Notes under the pieces: generated by a model
Databases searched by the model: none
What the model saw: only the letters and a program-made list of their open reading frames with translations
What the model was told of the DNA's origin: nothing
Assembly: GCA_964016885.1 (NCBI GenBank)
Contig: OZ024744.1
Coordinates: 131,440,001-131,504,000 of the forward strand
Source of the DNA: Eledone cirrhosa
Taxonomy: Eukaryota
DNA: 64,000 nucleotides
Direction: 5' to 3'
Part shown: positions 23,535 to 35,200 of the stretch, piece after piece
How the letters are laid out: every line of letters starts with the position of its first letter
How positions within the stretch are numbered: the stretch's first letter is position 1
Translations under genes and position numbers: made by a program

Positions 23535-26500
23535 TTGGGGTTAAGTTAAGTTGGGGTTTAGTTAAGTTGGGGTTAATTTAAGTTGGGGTTAATTTAAGTT
23601 GCGGTTAAGTTAAGTTGGGGTTAAGTTAAGTGGTGGTTATGTTAAGTTGGGGTTAAGTTAAGTTGGGGTTAATTTAAATTGGGGTTAAGTTAACTTTGTG
23701 GTTAAGTTAAGTTGGGGTTAAGTTAAGTTGGGGTTAAGTTAAGTTGGGGTTGCGTTAAGTTGGGGTTGAGTGAAGTTGGGGTTAAGTTAAGTTGGGGTTA
23801 ATTTAAGTTGGGGTTAAGTTAAGTCGGGCTTAAGTTAAGTTGGGGTTGAGTTAAGTTGGGGTTAATTTAAGTTGGGGCTAAGTTAATTTGTGGTTAAGTT
23901 ACGTTGGGGTTAAGTTAAGTTGGGGTTAAGTTAAGTTGGGGTTGAGTTAAGTTGGGGTTGAGTTAATTTAGGGTTAAGTTAAGTTGGGGTTAAGTTAAGT
24001 TGGGTTTAAGTTAAGTTGGGGGTAAGTTAAGTTGGGGGCAAGTTAAGTTGGGGTTAAGTTAAGTTGGGGTTAAATTAAGTTGGGGTTAAGTTTAGTTGGT
24101 GTTAAGTTAAGTTGGGGTTTATTTAAGTTGGGGTTAATTAAGTTGGGGCTGAGTTAAGTTGGGGCTGAATTAAGTTGGGGTTAAGTTAAGTTGCGGTTGA
24201 GTTAAGTTGGGGTTAAGTTAAGTTGGGGTTAAGTTGAGTTGGGGTTAAGTTAAGTTGGGGTTTAGTTAAGTTGGGGTTCAGTTAAGTTGGGATTAAGTTG
24301 GGGTTAAATTAATTTGGGGTTAAGTTAAGTTGGGGTTTAGTTTAGTTGGGGTTAAATTAAGTTGGAGTTAATTTAAGTTGGGGTTAAGTTAAGTTGCGGG
24401 TAATTTAAGTTGGGGTTAAGTTAAGTTGGGGTTAAGTTAAGTTGGGGGTAAGTTAAGTTGGGGGTAAGTTAAGTTGGGGGTAAGTTAAGTTGGGGTTAAG
24501 TTAAGTTGGGGTTAAGTTAAGTTAGGGTTAAGTTAAGTTGGGGTTGAGTTAAGTTGGGGTTAAGTTAAGTTGGGGTTATGTTAAGTTGGGGTTAAGTTAA
24601 GTTGGTTCGTTAAGTTGAGTTTAAGTTAAGTTGGGGTTAATTTAAGTTGGGGTTAAGTTAAGTTGGGTTTAAGTTAAGTTGGGGTTAATTTAAATTGGGG
24701 TTAAGTTAACTTTGTGGCTAAGTTAAGTTGGGGTTAAGTTAAGTTGGGGTTAAGTTAAGTTGGGGTTGAGTTAAGTTGGGGTTGAGTGAAGTTGGGGTTA
24801 AGTTACGTTGGGGTTAAGTTAAGTTGGCGTTAATTTAAGTTGGGGTTGAGTTAAGTTTGGGTTGAGTTAATTTAGGGTTAAGTTAAGTTGGGGTAAAGTT
24901 AAGTTGGGTTTAAGTTAAGTTGGGGTTAAATTAAGTTGGGGTTAAATTAAGTTGGGGTTAAGTTAAGTTGGGGGTAATTTAAGTTGGGGTTAAGTTAAGT
25001 TGGGGTTAAGTTAAGTTGGGGTTAAGTTAAGTTGGGGTCAAGTTAATTTGGGGTTAAAATTAAGTTGGGGTTAAATCAAGTTGGGGTTAAGTTAAGTTGG
25101 GGTTAATTTAGTTGGGGTTAAGTTAAGTTGGGGCTAAGTTAAGTTGGGGCTAAGTTAAGTTGGGGCTAAGTTAAGTTGGGGTTAAGTTAAGTTGGGGTTA
25201 AGTTAAGGTGGGGTTAATTTAAGTTGGGGTCAACTTAAATTGGGGTTAAGTTAAGTTGGGGTTAAGTTAAGTTGGGGTTAAGTTAAGTTGGGGTTAAGTT
25301 AAGTTGGTGTTAAGTTAAGTTGGGGCTTAGTTAAGTTGGGGCTGAGTTAAGTTGGGGCTGAGTTAAGTTGGGGTTAAGTTAAGTTGGGGTTGAGTTAAGT
25401 TGGGGTTAAGTTAAGTTGGGGTTAAGTTATGTAGGGGTTAAGTTAAGTTTGGGTTAAGTTGGGGTTAAATTAAGTTGGGGTTAAGTTAAGTTGGGGTTAA
25501 GTTAAGTTGGGGTTAAGTTAAGTTGGGGTTGAGTTAAATTGGGGTGGAGTTAAGTTGGGGTTGAGTTAAGTTGGTGTTGAGTTAAGTTGGGGTTAAGTTA
25601 AGTTGGGGTTAAGTTAAGTTGCAGTTAAGTTAAGTTGAGGTTAAGTTAAGTTGGGGTTAAGTTAAGTTGGGGTTAAGTTAAGTTGGGGCTAAGTTAAGTT
25701 GGGGCTAAGTTAAGTTGGGGCTAAGTTAAGTTGGGGTTCAGTTAAGTTGGGGTTAAGTTAAGTTTGGGTTAAGTTGGGGTTAAATTAAGTTGGGGTTAAG
25801 TTAAGTTGGGGTTTAGTTAAGTTGGGGTTAAGTTAAGTTGGGGTTAATTTAAGTTGGGGTTAAGTTAAGTTGGGGTTAAGTTGGCGTTAAGTTAAGTTGG
25901 GGTTGAATTAAGTTGGGGTTGAGTTAATTTAGGGTTAAGTTAAGTTGGGGTTAAGTTAAGTTGGGTTTAAGTTAAGTTGGGGTTAAATTAAGTTGGGGTT
26001 AAATTAAGTTCGGGTTAAGTTAAGTTGGGGTTAAGTTAAGTTTGAGTTAATTTAGTTGGGGTTAAGTTAAGTTGGGGCTAAGTTAAGTTGGGGCTAAGTT
26101 AAGTTGGGGCTAAGTTAAGTTGGGGTTAAGTTAAGTTGGGGTTAAGTTAAGGTGGGGTTAATTTAAGTTGGGGTTAAGTTAAGTTGGGGTTTAGTTAAGT
26201 TGGGGTTAATTTAAGTTGGGGTTAATTTAAGTTGCGGTTAAGTTAAGTTGGGGTTAAGTTAAGTGGTGGTTATGTTAAGTTGGGGTTAAGTTAAGTTGGG
26301 GTTAATTTAAATTGGGGTTAAGTTAACTTTGTGGTTAAGTTAAGTTGGGGTTAAGTTAAGTTGGGGTTAAGTTAAGTTGGGGTTGCGTTAAGTTGGGGTT
26401 GAGTGAAGTTGGGGTTAAGTTAAGTTGGGGTTAATTTAAGTTGGGGTTAAGTTAAGTCGGGCTTAAGTTAAGTTGGGGTTGAGTTAAGTTGGGGTTAATT

Positions 26501-28643
26501 TAAGTTGGGGCTAAGTTAATTTGTGGTTAAGTTAAGTTGGGGTTAAGTTAAGTTGGGGTTAAGTTAAGTTGGGGTTGAGTTAAGTTGGGGTTGAGTTAAT
26601 TTAGGGTTAAGTTAAGTTGGGGTTAAGTTAAGTTGGGTTTAAGTTAAGTTGGGGGTAAGTTAAGTTGGGGGCAAGTTAAGTTGGGGTTAAGTTAAGTTGG
26701 GGTTAAATTAAGTTGGGGTTAAGTTTAGTTGGTGTTAAGTTAAGTTGGGGTTTATTTAAGTTGGGGTTAATTAAGTTGGGGCTGAGTTAAGTTGGGGCTG
26801 AATTAAGTTGGGGTTAAGTTAAGTTGCGGTTGAGTTAAGTTGGGGTTAAGTTAAGTTGGGGTTAAGTTGAGTTGGGGTTAAGTTAAGTTGGGGTTTAGTT
26901 AAGTTGGGGTTCAGTTAAGTTGGGATTAAGTTGGGGTTAAATTAATTTGGGGTTAAGTTAAGTTGGGGTTTAGTTTAGTTGGGGTTAAATTAAGTTGGAG
27001 TTAATTTAAGTTGGGGTTAAGTTAAGTTGCGGGTAATTTAAGTTGGGGTTAAGTTAAGTTGGGGTTAAGTTAAGTTGGGGGTAAGTTAAGTTGGGGGTAA
27101 GTTAAGTTGGGGGTAAGTTAAGTTGGGGTTAAGTTAAGTTGGGGTTAAGTTAAGTTAGGGTTAAGTTAAGTTGGGGTTGAGTTAAGTTGGGGTTAAGTTA
27201 AGTTGGGGTTATGTTAAGTTGGGGTTAAGTTAAGTTGGTTCGTTAAGTTGAGTTTAAGTTAAGTTGGGGTTAATTTAAGTTGGGGTTAAGTTAAGTTGGG
27301 TTTAAGTTAAGTTGGGGTTAATTTAAATTGGGGTTAAGTTAACTTTGTGGCTAAGTTAAGTTGGGGTTAAGTTAAGTTGGGGTTAAGTTAAGTTGGGGTT
27401 GAGTTAAGTTGGGGTTGAGTGAAGTTGGGGTTAAGTTACGTTGGGGTTAAGTTAAGTTGGCGTTAATTTAAGTTGGGGTTGAGTTAAGTTTGGGTTGAGT
27501 TAATTTAGGGTTAAGTTAAGTTGGGGTAAAGTTAAGTTGGGTTTAAGTTAAGTTGGGGTTAAATTAAGTTGGGGTTAAATTAAGTTGGGGTTAAGTTAAG
27601 TTGGGGGTAATTTAAGTTGGGGTTAAGTTAAGTTGGGGTTAAGTTAAGTTGGGGTTAAGTTAAGTTGGGGTCAAGTTAATTTGGGGTTAAAATTAAGTTG
27701 GGGTTAAATCAAGTTGGGGTTAAGTTAAGTTGGGGTTAATTTAGTTGGGGTTAAGTTAAGTTGGGGCTAAGTTAAGTTGGGGCTAAGTTAAGTTGGGGCT
27801 AAGTTAAGTTGGGGTTAAGTTAAGTTGGGGTTAAGTTAAGGTGGGGTTAATTTAAGTTGGGGTCAACTTAAATTGGGGTTAAGTTAAGTTGGGGTTAAGT
27901 TAAGTTGGGGTTAAGTTAAGTTGGGGTTAAGTTAAGTTGGTGTTAAGTTAAGTTGGGGCTTAGTTAAGTTGGGGCTGAGTTAAGTTGGGGCTGAGTTAAG
28001 TTGGGGTTAAGTTAAGTTGGGGTTGAGTTAAGTTGGGGTTAAGTTAAGTTGGGGTTAAGTTATGTAGGGGTTAAGTTAAGTTTGGGTTAAGTTGGGGTTA
28101 AATTAAGTTGGGGTTAAGTTAAGTTGGGGTTAAGTTAAGTTGGGGTTAAGTTAAGTTGGGGTTGAGTTAAATTGGGGTGGAGTTAAGTTGGGGTTGAGTT
28201 AAGTTGGTGTTGAGTTAAGTTGGGGTTAAGTTAAGTTGGGGTTAAGTTAAGTTGCAGTTAAGTTAAGTTGAGGTTAAGTTAAGTTGGGGTTAAGTTAAGT
28301 TGGGGTTAAGTTAAGTTGGGGCTAAGTTAAGTTGGGGCTAAGTTAAGTTGGGGCTAAGTTAAGTTGGGGTTCAGTTAAGTTGGGGTTAAGTTAAGTTTGG
28401 GTTAAGTTGGGGTTAAATTAAGTTGGGGTTAAGTTAAGTTGGGGTTTAGTTAAGTTGGGGTTAAGTTAAGTTGGGGTTAATTTAAGTTGGGGTTAAGTTA
28501 AGTTGGGGTTAAGTTGGCGTTAAGTTAAGTTGGGGTTGAATTAAGTTGGGGTTGAGTTAATTTAGGGTTAAGTTAAGTTGGGGTTAAGTTAAGTTGGGTT
28601 TAAGTTAAGTTGGGGTTAAATTAAGTTGGGGTTAAATTAAGTT
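23535..28643 (+). repeat. Tandem duplication, 2633-bp period
   Basis: GCGG marker at 23601/26234 and GGTTCG marker at 24604/27237. Confidence 0.88.
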
Positions 28644-31600
28644 GGGGTTAAGTTAAGTTGGGGTTAAGTTAAGGTGGGGTTAATTTAAGTTGGGGTCAAC
28701 TTAAATTGGGGTTAAGTTAAGTTGGGGTTAAGTTAAGTTGGGGTTAAGTTAAGTTGGGGTTAAGTTAAGTTGGGGTTAAGTTAAGTTGGTGTTAAGTTAA
28801 GTTGGGGCTAAGTTAAGTTGGGGCTGAGTTAAGTTGGGGCTGAGTTAAGTTGGGGTTAATTTAAGTTGGGGTTGAGTTAAGTTGGGGTTAAGTTAAGTTG
28901 GGGTTAAGTTAAGTTGGGGTTAAGTTAAGTTGGGGTTGAGTTAAGTTGGGGTTAAGTTAAGTTGGGGTTAAGTTAAGTTGGGGTTAAGTTAAGTTAGGGT
29001 TAAGTTAAGTTGGGGTTGAGTTAAGTTGGGGTTAAGTTAAGTTGGGGTTATGTTAAGTTGGGGTTAAGTTAAGTTGGTTCGTTAAGTTGAGTTTAAGTTA
29101 AGTTGGGGTTAATTTAAGTTGGGGTTAAGTTAAGTTGGGTTTAAGTTAAGTTGGGGTTAATTTAAATTGGGGTTAAGTTAACTTTGTGGCTAAGTTAAGT
29201 TGGGGTTAAGTTAAGTTGGGGTTAAGTTAAGTTGGGGTTGAGTTAAGTTGGGGTTGAGTGAAGTTGGGGTTAAGTTACGTTGGGGTTAAGTTAAGTTGGC
29301 GTTAAGTTAAGTTGGGGTTGAGTTAAGTTTGGGTTGAGTTAATTTAGGGTTAAGTTAAGTTGGGGTAAAGTTAAGTTGGGTTTAAGTTAAGTTGGGGTTA
29401 AATTAAGTTGGGGTTAAATTAAGTTGGGGTTAAGTTAAGTTGGGGGTAATTTAAGTTGGGGTTAAGTTAAGTTGGGGTTAAGTTAAGTTGGGGTTAAGTT
29501 AAGTTGGGGTCAAGTTAATTTGGGGTTAAAATTAAGTTGGGGTTAAATCAAGTTGGGGTTAAGTTAAGTTGGGGTTAATTTAGTTGGCGTTAAGTTAAGT
29601 TGGGGCTAAGTTAAGTTGGGGCTAAGTTAAGTTGGGGCTAAGTTAAGTTGGGGTTAAGTTAAGTTGGGGTTAAGTTAAGGTGGGGTTAATTTAAGTTGGG
29701 GTCAACTTAAATTGGGGTTAAGTTAAGTTGGGGTTAAGTTAAGTTGGGGTTAAGTTAAGTTGGGGTTAAGTTAAGTTGGTGTTAAGTTAAGTTGGGGCTT
29801 AGTTAAGTTGGGGCTGAGTTAAGTTGGGGCTGAGTTAAGTTGGGGTTAAGTTAAGTTGGGGTTGAGTTAAGTTGGGGTTAAGTTAAGTTGGGGTTAAGTT
29901 ATGTAGGGGTTAAGTTAAGTTTGGGTTAAGTTGGGGTTAAATTAAGTTGGGGTTAAGTTAAGTTGGGGTTAAGTTAAGTTGGGGTTAAGTTAAGTTGGGG
30001 TTAAGTTAAGTCGGGGTTAAGTTAAGTCGGGGTTAAGTTAAGTTAGGTTTAAGTTAAGTTGGAGTTAAGTTAAGTTGGGGTTGAGTTAAGTTGGGGTTGA
30101 GTTAAATTGGGGTGGAGTTAAGTTGGGGTTGAGTTAAGTTGGTGTTGAGTTAAGTTGGGGTTAAGTTAAGTTGGGGTTAAGTTAAGTTGCAGTTAAGTTA
30201 AGTTGAGGTTAAGTTAAGTTGGGGTTAAGTTAAGTTGGGGTTAAGTTAAGTTGGGGCTAAGTTAAGTTGGGGCTAAGTTAAGTTGGGGCTAAGTTAAGTT
30301 GGGGTTCAGTTAAGTTGGGGTTAAGTTAAGTTTGGGTTAAGTTGGGGTTAAATTAAGTTGGGGTTAAGTTAAGTTGGGGTTTAGTTAAGTTGGGGTTAAG
30401 TTAAGTTGGGGTTAATTTAAGTTGGGGTTAAGTTAAGTTGGGGTTAAGTTGGCGTTAAGTTAAGTTGGGGTTGAATTAAGTTGGGGTTGAGTTAATTTAG
30501 GGTTAAGTTAAGTTGGGGTTAAGTTAAGTTGGGTTTAAGTTAAGTTGGGGTTAAATTAAGTTGGGGTTAAATTAAGTTCGGGTTAAGTTAAGTTGGGGTT
30601 AAGTTAAGTTTGAGTTAATTTAGTTGGGGTTAAGTTAAGTTGGGGCTAAGTTAAGTTGGGGTTAAGTTAAGTTGGGGTTAAGTTAAGGTGGGGTTAATTT
30701 AAGTTGGGGTCAACTTAAATTGGGGTTAAGTTAAGTTGGGGTTAAGTTAAGTTGGGGTTAAGTTAAGTTGGGGTTAAGTTAAGTTGGGGTTAAGTTAAGT
30801 TGGTGTTAAGTTAAGTTGGGGCTCAGTTAAGTTGGGGCTGAGTTAAGTTGGGGCTGAGTTAAGTTGGGGTTAATTTAAGTTGGGGTTGAGTTAAGTTGGG
30901 GTTAAGTTAAGTTGGGGTTAAGTTAAGTTGGGGTTAAGTTAAGTTGGGGTTGAGTTAAGTTGGGGTTAAGTTAAGTTGGGGTTAAGTTAAGTTGGGGTTC
31001 AGTTAAGTTGGGGTTAAGTTAAGTTGGGGTTAAGATGGGGTTAAATTAAGTTGGGGTTAAGTTAAGTTGGGGTTAAGTTAAGTTGGGGTTAAGTTAAGTT
31101 GGGGTTAAGTTAAGTCGGGGTTAAGTTAAGTCGGGGTTAAGTTAAGTTAGGGTTAAGTTAAGTTGGAGTTAAGTTAAGTTGGGGTTGAGTTAAGTTGGGG
31201 TTGAGTTAAATTGGGGTGGAGTTAAGTTGGGGTTGAGTTAAGTTGGTGTTGAGTTAAGTTGGGGTTAAGTTAAGTTGGGGTTAAGTTAAGTTGCAGTTAA
31301 GTTAAGTTGAGGTTAAGTTAAGTTGGGGTTAAGTTAAGTTGGGGTTAAGTTAAGTTGGGGCTAAGTTAAGTTGGGGCTAAGTTAAGTTGGGGCTAAGTTA
31401 AGTTGGGGTTCAGTTAAGTTGGGGTTAAGTTAAGTTGGTTAGTTAAGTTGAGTTTAATTTAAGTTGGGGTTAATTTAAGTTGGGGCTAAGTTAAGTTGGG
31501 GTTAAGTTAAGTTGGGGTTAAGTTAAGTTGGGGTTAAGTTAATTTGGGGTTCAGTTAAGTTGGGGTTAAGTCAAGTTGGGGTTAAGTTGGGGTTAAATTA

Positions 31601-31851
31601 ATCTGGGGTTAAGTTATTGTTGGGGTTAAGTTAAGTTGGGGTTAAGTTAAGTTGGGGTTAAGTTAAGTTGGGGTTAAGTTAATTTGGGGTTGAGTTAATT
31701 TGGGGTTAAGTTAAGTTGGGGTTAAGTTAAGTTGGGTTTAAGTTAAGTTGGGGTTAAATTAAGTTGGGGTTAAATTAAGTTGGGGTTAAGTTAAGTTGGG
31801 GGTAAGTTAAGTTGGGGGCAAGTTAATTTGTGGATAAGTTAAGTTGTGGTT

Positions 31852-32244
31852 AACCCCAACTTCACTCAACCCCACCTTAACTCAACCCCAACTTAACTTA
31901 ACCCCAACTTCACTCAACCCCAACTTAACTCAACCCCAACTTAACTTAACCCCAACTTAACTTAACCCTAACTTAACTTAACCCCAACTTAACTTAACTT
32001 CGACTTAACTTAACCCCAACTTAACTTAACCCCAACTTAACTTAACCCCAACTTAACTTAACCACAAATTAACTTAACCCCAACTTAAATTAACCCCAAC
32101 TTAAATTAACCCCAACTTAACTTAACCCCAACTTAACTTAACCCCAACTTAACTCACACCCAACTTAACTTACCCCCAACTTAACTTAACCCCAACTTGA
32201 CTTAACCCCAAATTAACTTAACCCCAACTTAACTTAACCCCAAA
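31852..32244 (-). repeat. Inverted satellite island 9 (subfamily A, 393 bp)
   Basis: Same type as islands 1, 3 and 5 (TGTGGATAAG upstream marker). Confidence 0.96.
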
Positions 32245-35200
32245 TTCGGGGTTAAGTTAAGTTGGGGTTAAATTAAGTTAGGCTTAACTTAAGTTGGGGT
32301 TAAGTTAAATTGGGGGTAAGTTAAGTTCTGGGTAAGTTAAGTTGGGGTTAAGTTAAGTTGGGGTTAAGTTGGGGTTAAGTTAAGTTAGGGTTAAGTTAAG
32401 TTGGGGTTGAGTTAAGTTGGGGTTAAGTTAAGTTGGGGTTATGTTAAGTTGGGGTCAAGTTAAGTTGGGGTTAAAATTAAGTTGGGGTTAAATCAAGTTG
32501 GGGTTAAGTTAAGTTGGGGTTAATTTAGTTGGGGTTAAGTTAAGTTGGGGCTAAGTTAAGTTGGGGCTAAGTTAAGTTGGGGCTAAGTTAAGTTGGGGTT
32601 AAGTTAAGTTGGGGTTAAGTTAAGTTGGGGTTAATTTAAATTGGGGTTAAGTTAAGTTGGGGTTGAGTTAAGTTGGGGTTGAGTGAAGTTGGTGTTAAGT
32701 TAAGTTGGGGTTAAGTTGGCGTTAAGTTAAATTGGGGTTGAATTAAGTTGGGGTTGAGTTAATTTAGGGTTAAGTTAAGTTGGGGTTAAGTTAAGTTGGG
32801 TTTAAGTTAAGTTGGGGTTAAATTAAGTTGGGGTTAAATTAAGTTGGGGTTAAGTTAAGTTGGGGGTAAGTTAAGTTGGTGTTAAGTTAAGTTGGGGTTA
32901 AGTTAAGTTGGGGTCAAGTTAAGTTGGGGTTAAAATTAAGTTTGGGTTAAGTCAAGTTGGGGTTAAGTTAAGTTTGAGTTAATTTAGTTGGGGTTAAGTT
33001 AAGTTGGGGCTAAGTTAAGTTGGGGCTAAGTTAAGTTGGGGTTAAGTTAAGTTGGGGTTAAGTTAAGGTGGGGTTAATTTAAGTTGGGGTCAACTTAAAT
33101 TGGGGTTAAGTTAAGTTGGGGTTAAGTTAAGTTGGGGTTAAGTTAAGTTGGGGTTAAGTTAAGTTGGTGTTAAGTTAAGTTGGGGCTTAGTTAAGTTGGG
33201 GCTGAGTTAAGTTGGGGCTGAGTTAAGTTGGGGTTAAGTTAAGTTGGGGTTGAGTTAAGTTGGGGTTAAGTTAAGTTGGGGTTAAGTTATGTAGGGGTTA
33301 AGTTAAGTTTGGGTTAAGTTGGGGTTAAATTAAGTTGGGGTTAAGTTAAGTTGGGGTTAAGTTAAGTTGGGGTTAAGTTAAGTTGGGGTTAAGTTAAGTC
33401 GGGGTTAAGTTAAGTCGGGGTTAAGTTAAGTTAGGTTTAAGTTAAGTTGGAGTTAAGTTAAGTTGGGGTTGAGTTAAGTTGGGGTTGAGTTAAATTGGGG
33501 TGGAGTTAAGTTGGGGTTGAGTTAAGTTGGTGTTGAGTTAAGTTGGGGTTAAGTTAAGTTGGGGTTAAGTTAAGTTGCAGTTAAGTTAAGTTGAGGTTAA
33601 GTTAAGTTGGGGTTAAGTTAAGTTGGGGTTAAGTTAAGTTGGGGCTAAGTTAAGTTGGGGCTAAGTTAAGTTGGGGCTAAGTTAAGTTGGGGTTCATTTA
33701 AGTTGGGGTTAAGTTAAGTTTGGGTTAAGTTGGGGTTAAATTAAGTTGGGGTTAAGTTAAGTTGGGGTTTAGTTAAGTTGGGGTTAAGTTAAGTTGGGGT
33801 TAATTTAAGTTGGGGTTAAGTTAAGTTGGGGTTAAGTTGGCGTTAAGTTAAGTTGGGGTTGAATTAAGTTGGGGTTGAGTTAATTTAGGGTTAAGTTAAG
33901 TTGGGGTTAAGTTAAGTTGGGTTTAAGTTAAGTTGGGGTTAAATTAAGTTGGGGTTAAATTAAGTTCGGGTTAAGTTAAGTTGGGGTTAAGTTAAGTTTG
34001 AGTTAATTTAGTTGGGGTTAAGTTAAGTTGGGGCTAAGTTAAGTTGGGGCTAAGTTAAGTTGGGGCTAAGTTAAGTTGGGGTTAAGTTAAGTTGGGGTTA
34101 AGTTAAGGTGGGGTTAATTTAAGTTGGGGTCAACTTAAATTGGGGTTAAGTTAAGTTGGGGTTAAGTTAAGTTGGGGTTAAGTTAAGTTGGGGTTAAGTT
34201 AAGTTGGGGTTAAGTTAAGTTGGTGTTAAGTTAAGTTGGGGCTAAGTTAAGTTGGGGCTGAGTTAAGTTGGGGCTGAGTTAAGTTGGGGTTAATTTAAGT
34301 TGGGGTTGAGCTAAGTTGGGGTTAAGTTAAGTTGGGGTTAAGTTAAGTTGGGGTTAAGTTAAGTTGGGGTTGAGTTAAGTTGGGGTTAAGTTAAGTTGGG
34401 GTTAAGTTAAGTTGGGGTTCAGTTAAGTTGGGGTTAAGTTAAGTTGGGGTTAAGATGGGGTTAAATTAAGTTGGGGTTAAGTTAAGTTGGGGTTAAGTTA
34501 AGTTGGGGTTAAGTTAAGTTGGGGTTAAGTTAAGGTGGGGTTAATTTAAGTTGGGCTCAACTTAAATTGGGGATAAGTTAAGTTGGGGTTACGTTAAGTT
34601 GGGGTTAAGTTAAGTTGGGGTTAAGTTAAGCTGGGGTTAAGTTAAGTTGGTGTTAAGTTAAGTTGGGGCTAAGTTAAGTTGGGGCTGAGTTAAGTTGGGG
34701 CTGAGTTAAGTTGGGGTTAATTTAAGTTGGGGTTGAGTTAAGTTGGGGTTAAGTTAAGTTGGGGTTAAGTTAAGTTGGGGTTAAGTTAAGTTGGGGTTGA
34801 GTTAAGTTGGGGTTAAGTTAAGTTGGGGTTAAGTTAAGTTGGGGTTCAGTTAAGTTGGGGTTAAGTTAAGTTGGGGTTAAGATGGGGTTAAATTAAGTTG
34901 GGGTTAAGTTAAGTTGGGGTTAAGTTAAGTTAGGGTTAAGTTAAGTTGGGGTTAAGTTAAGTCGGGGTTAAGTTAAGTCGGGGTTAAGTTAAGTTAGGGT
35001 TAAGTTAAGTTGGAGTTAAGTTAAGTTGGGGTTGAGTTAAGTTGGGGTTGAGTTAAATTGGGGTGGAGTTAAGTTGGGGTTGAGTTAAGTTGGTGTTGAG
35101 TTAAGTTGGGGTTAAGTTAAGTTGGGGTTAAGTTAAGTTGCAGTTAAGTTAAGTTGAGGTTAAGTTAAGTTGGGGTTAAGTTAAGTTGGGGTTAAGTTAA

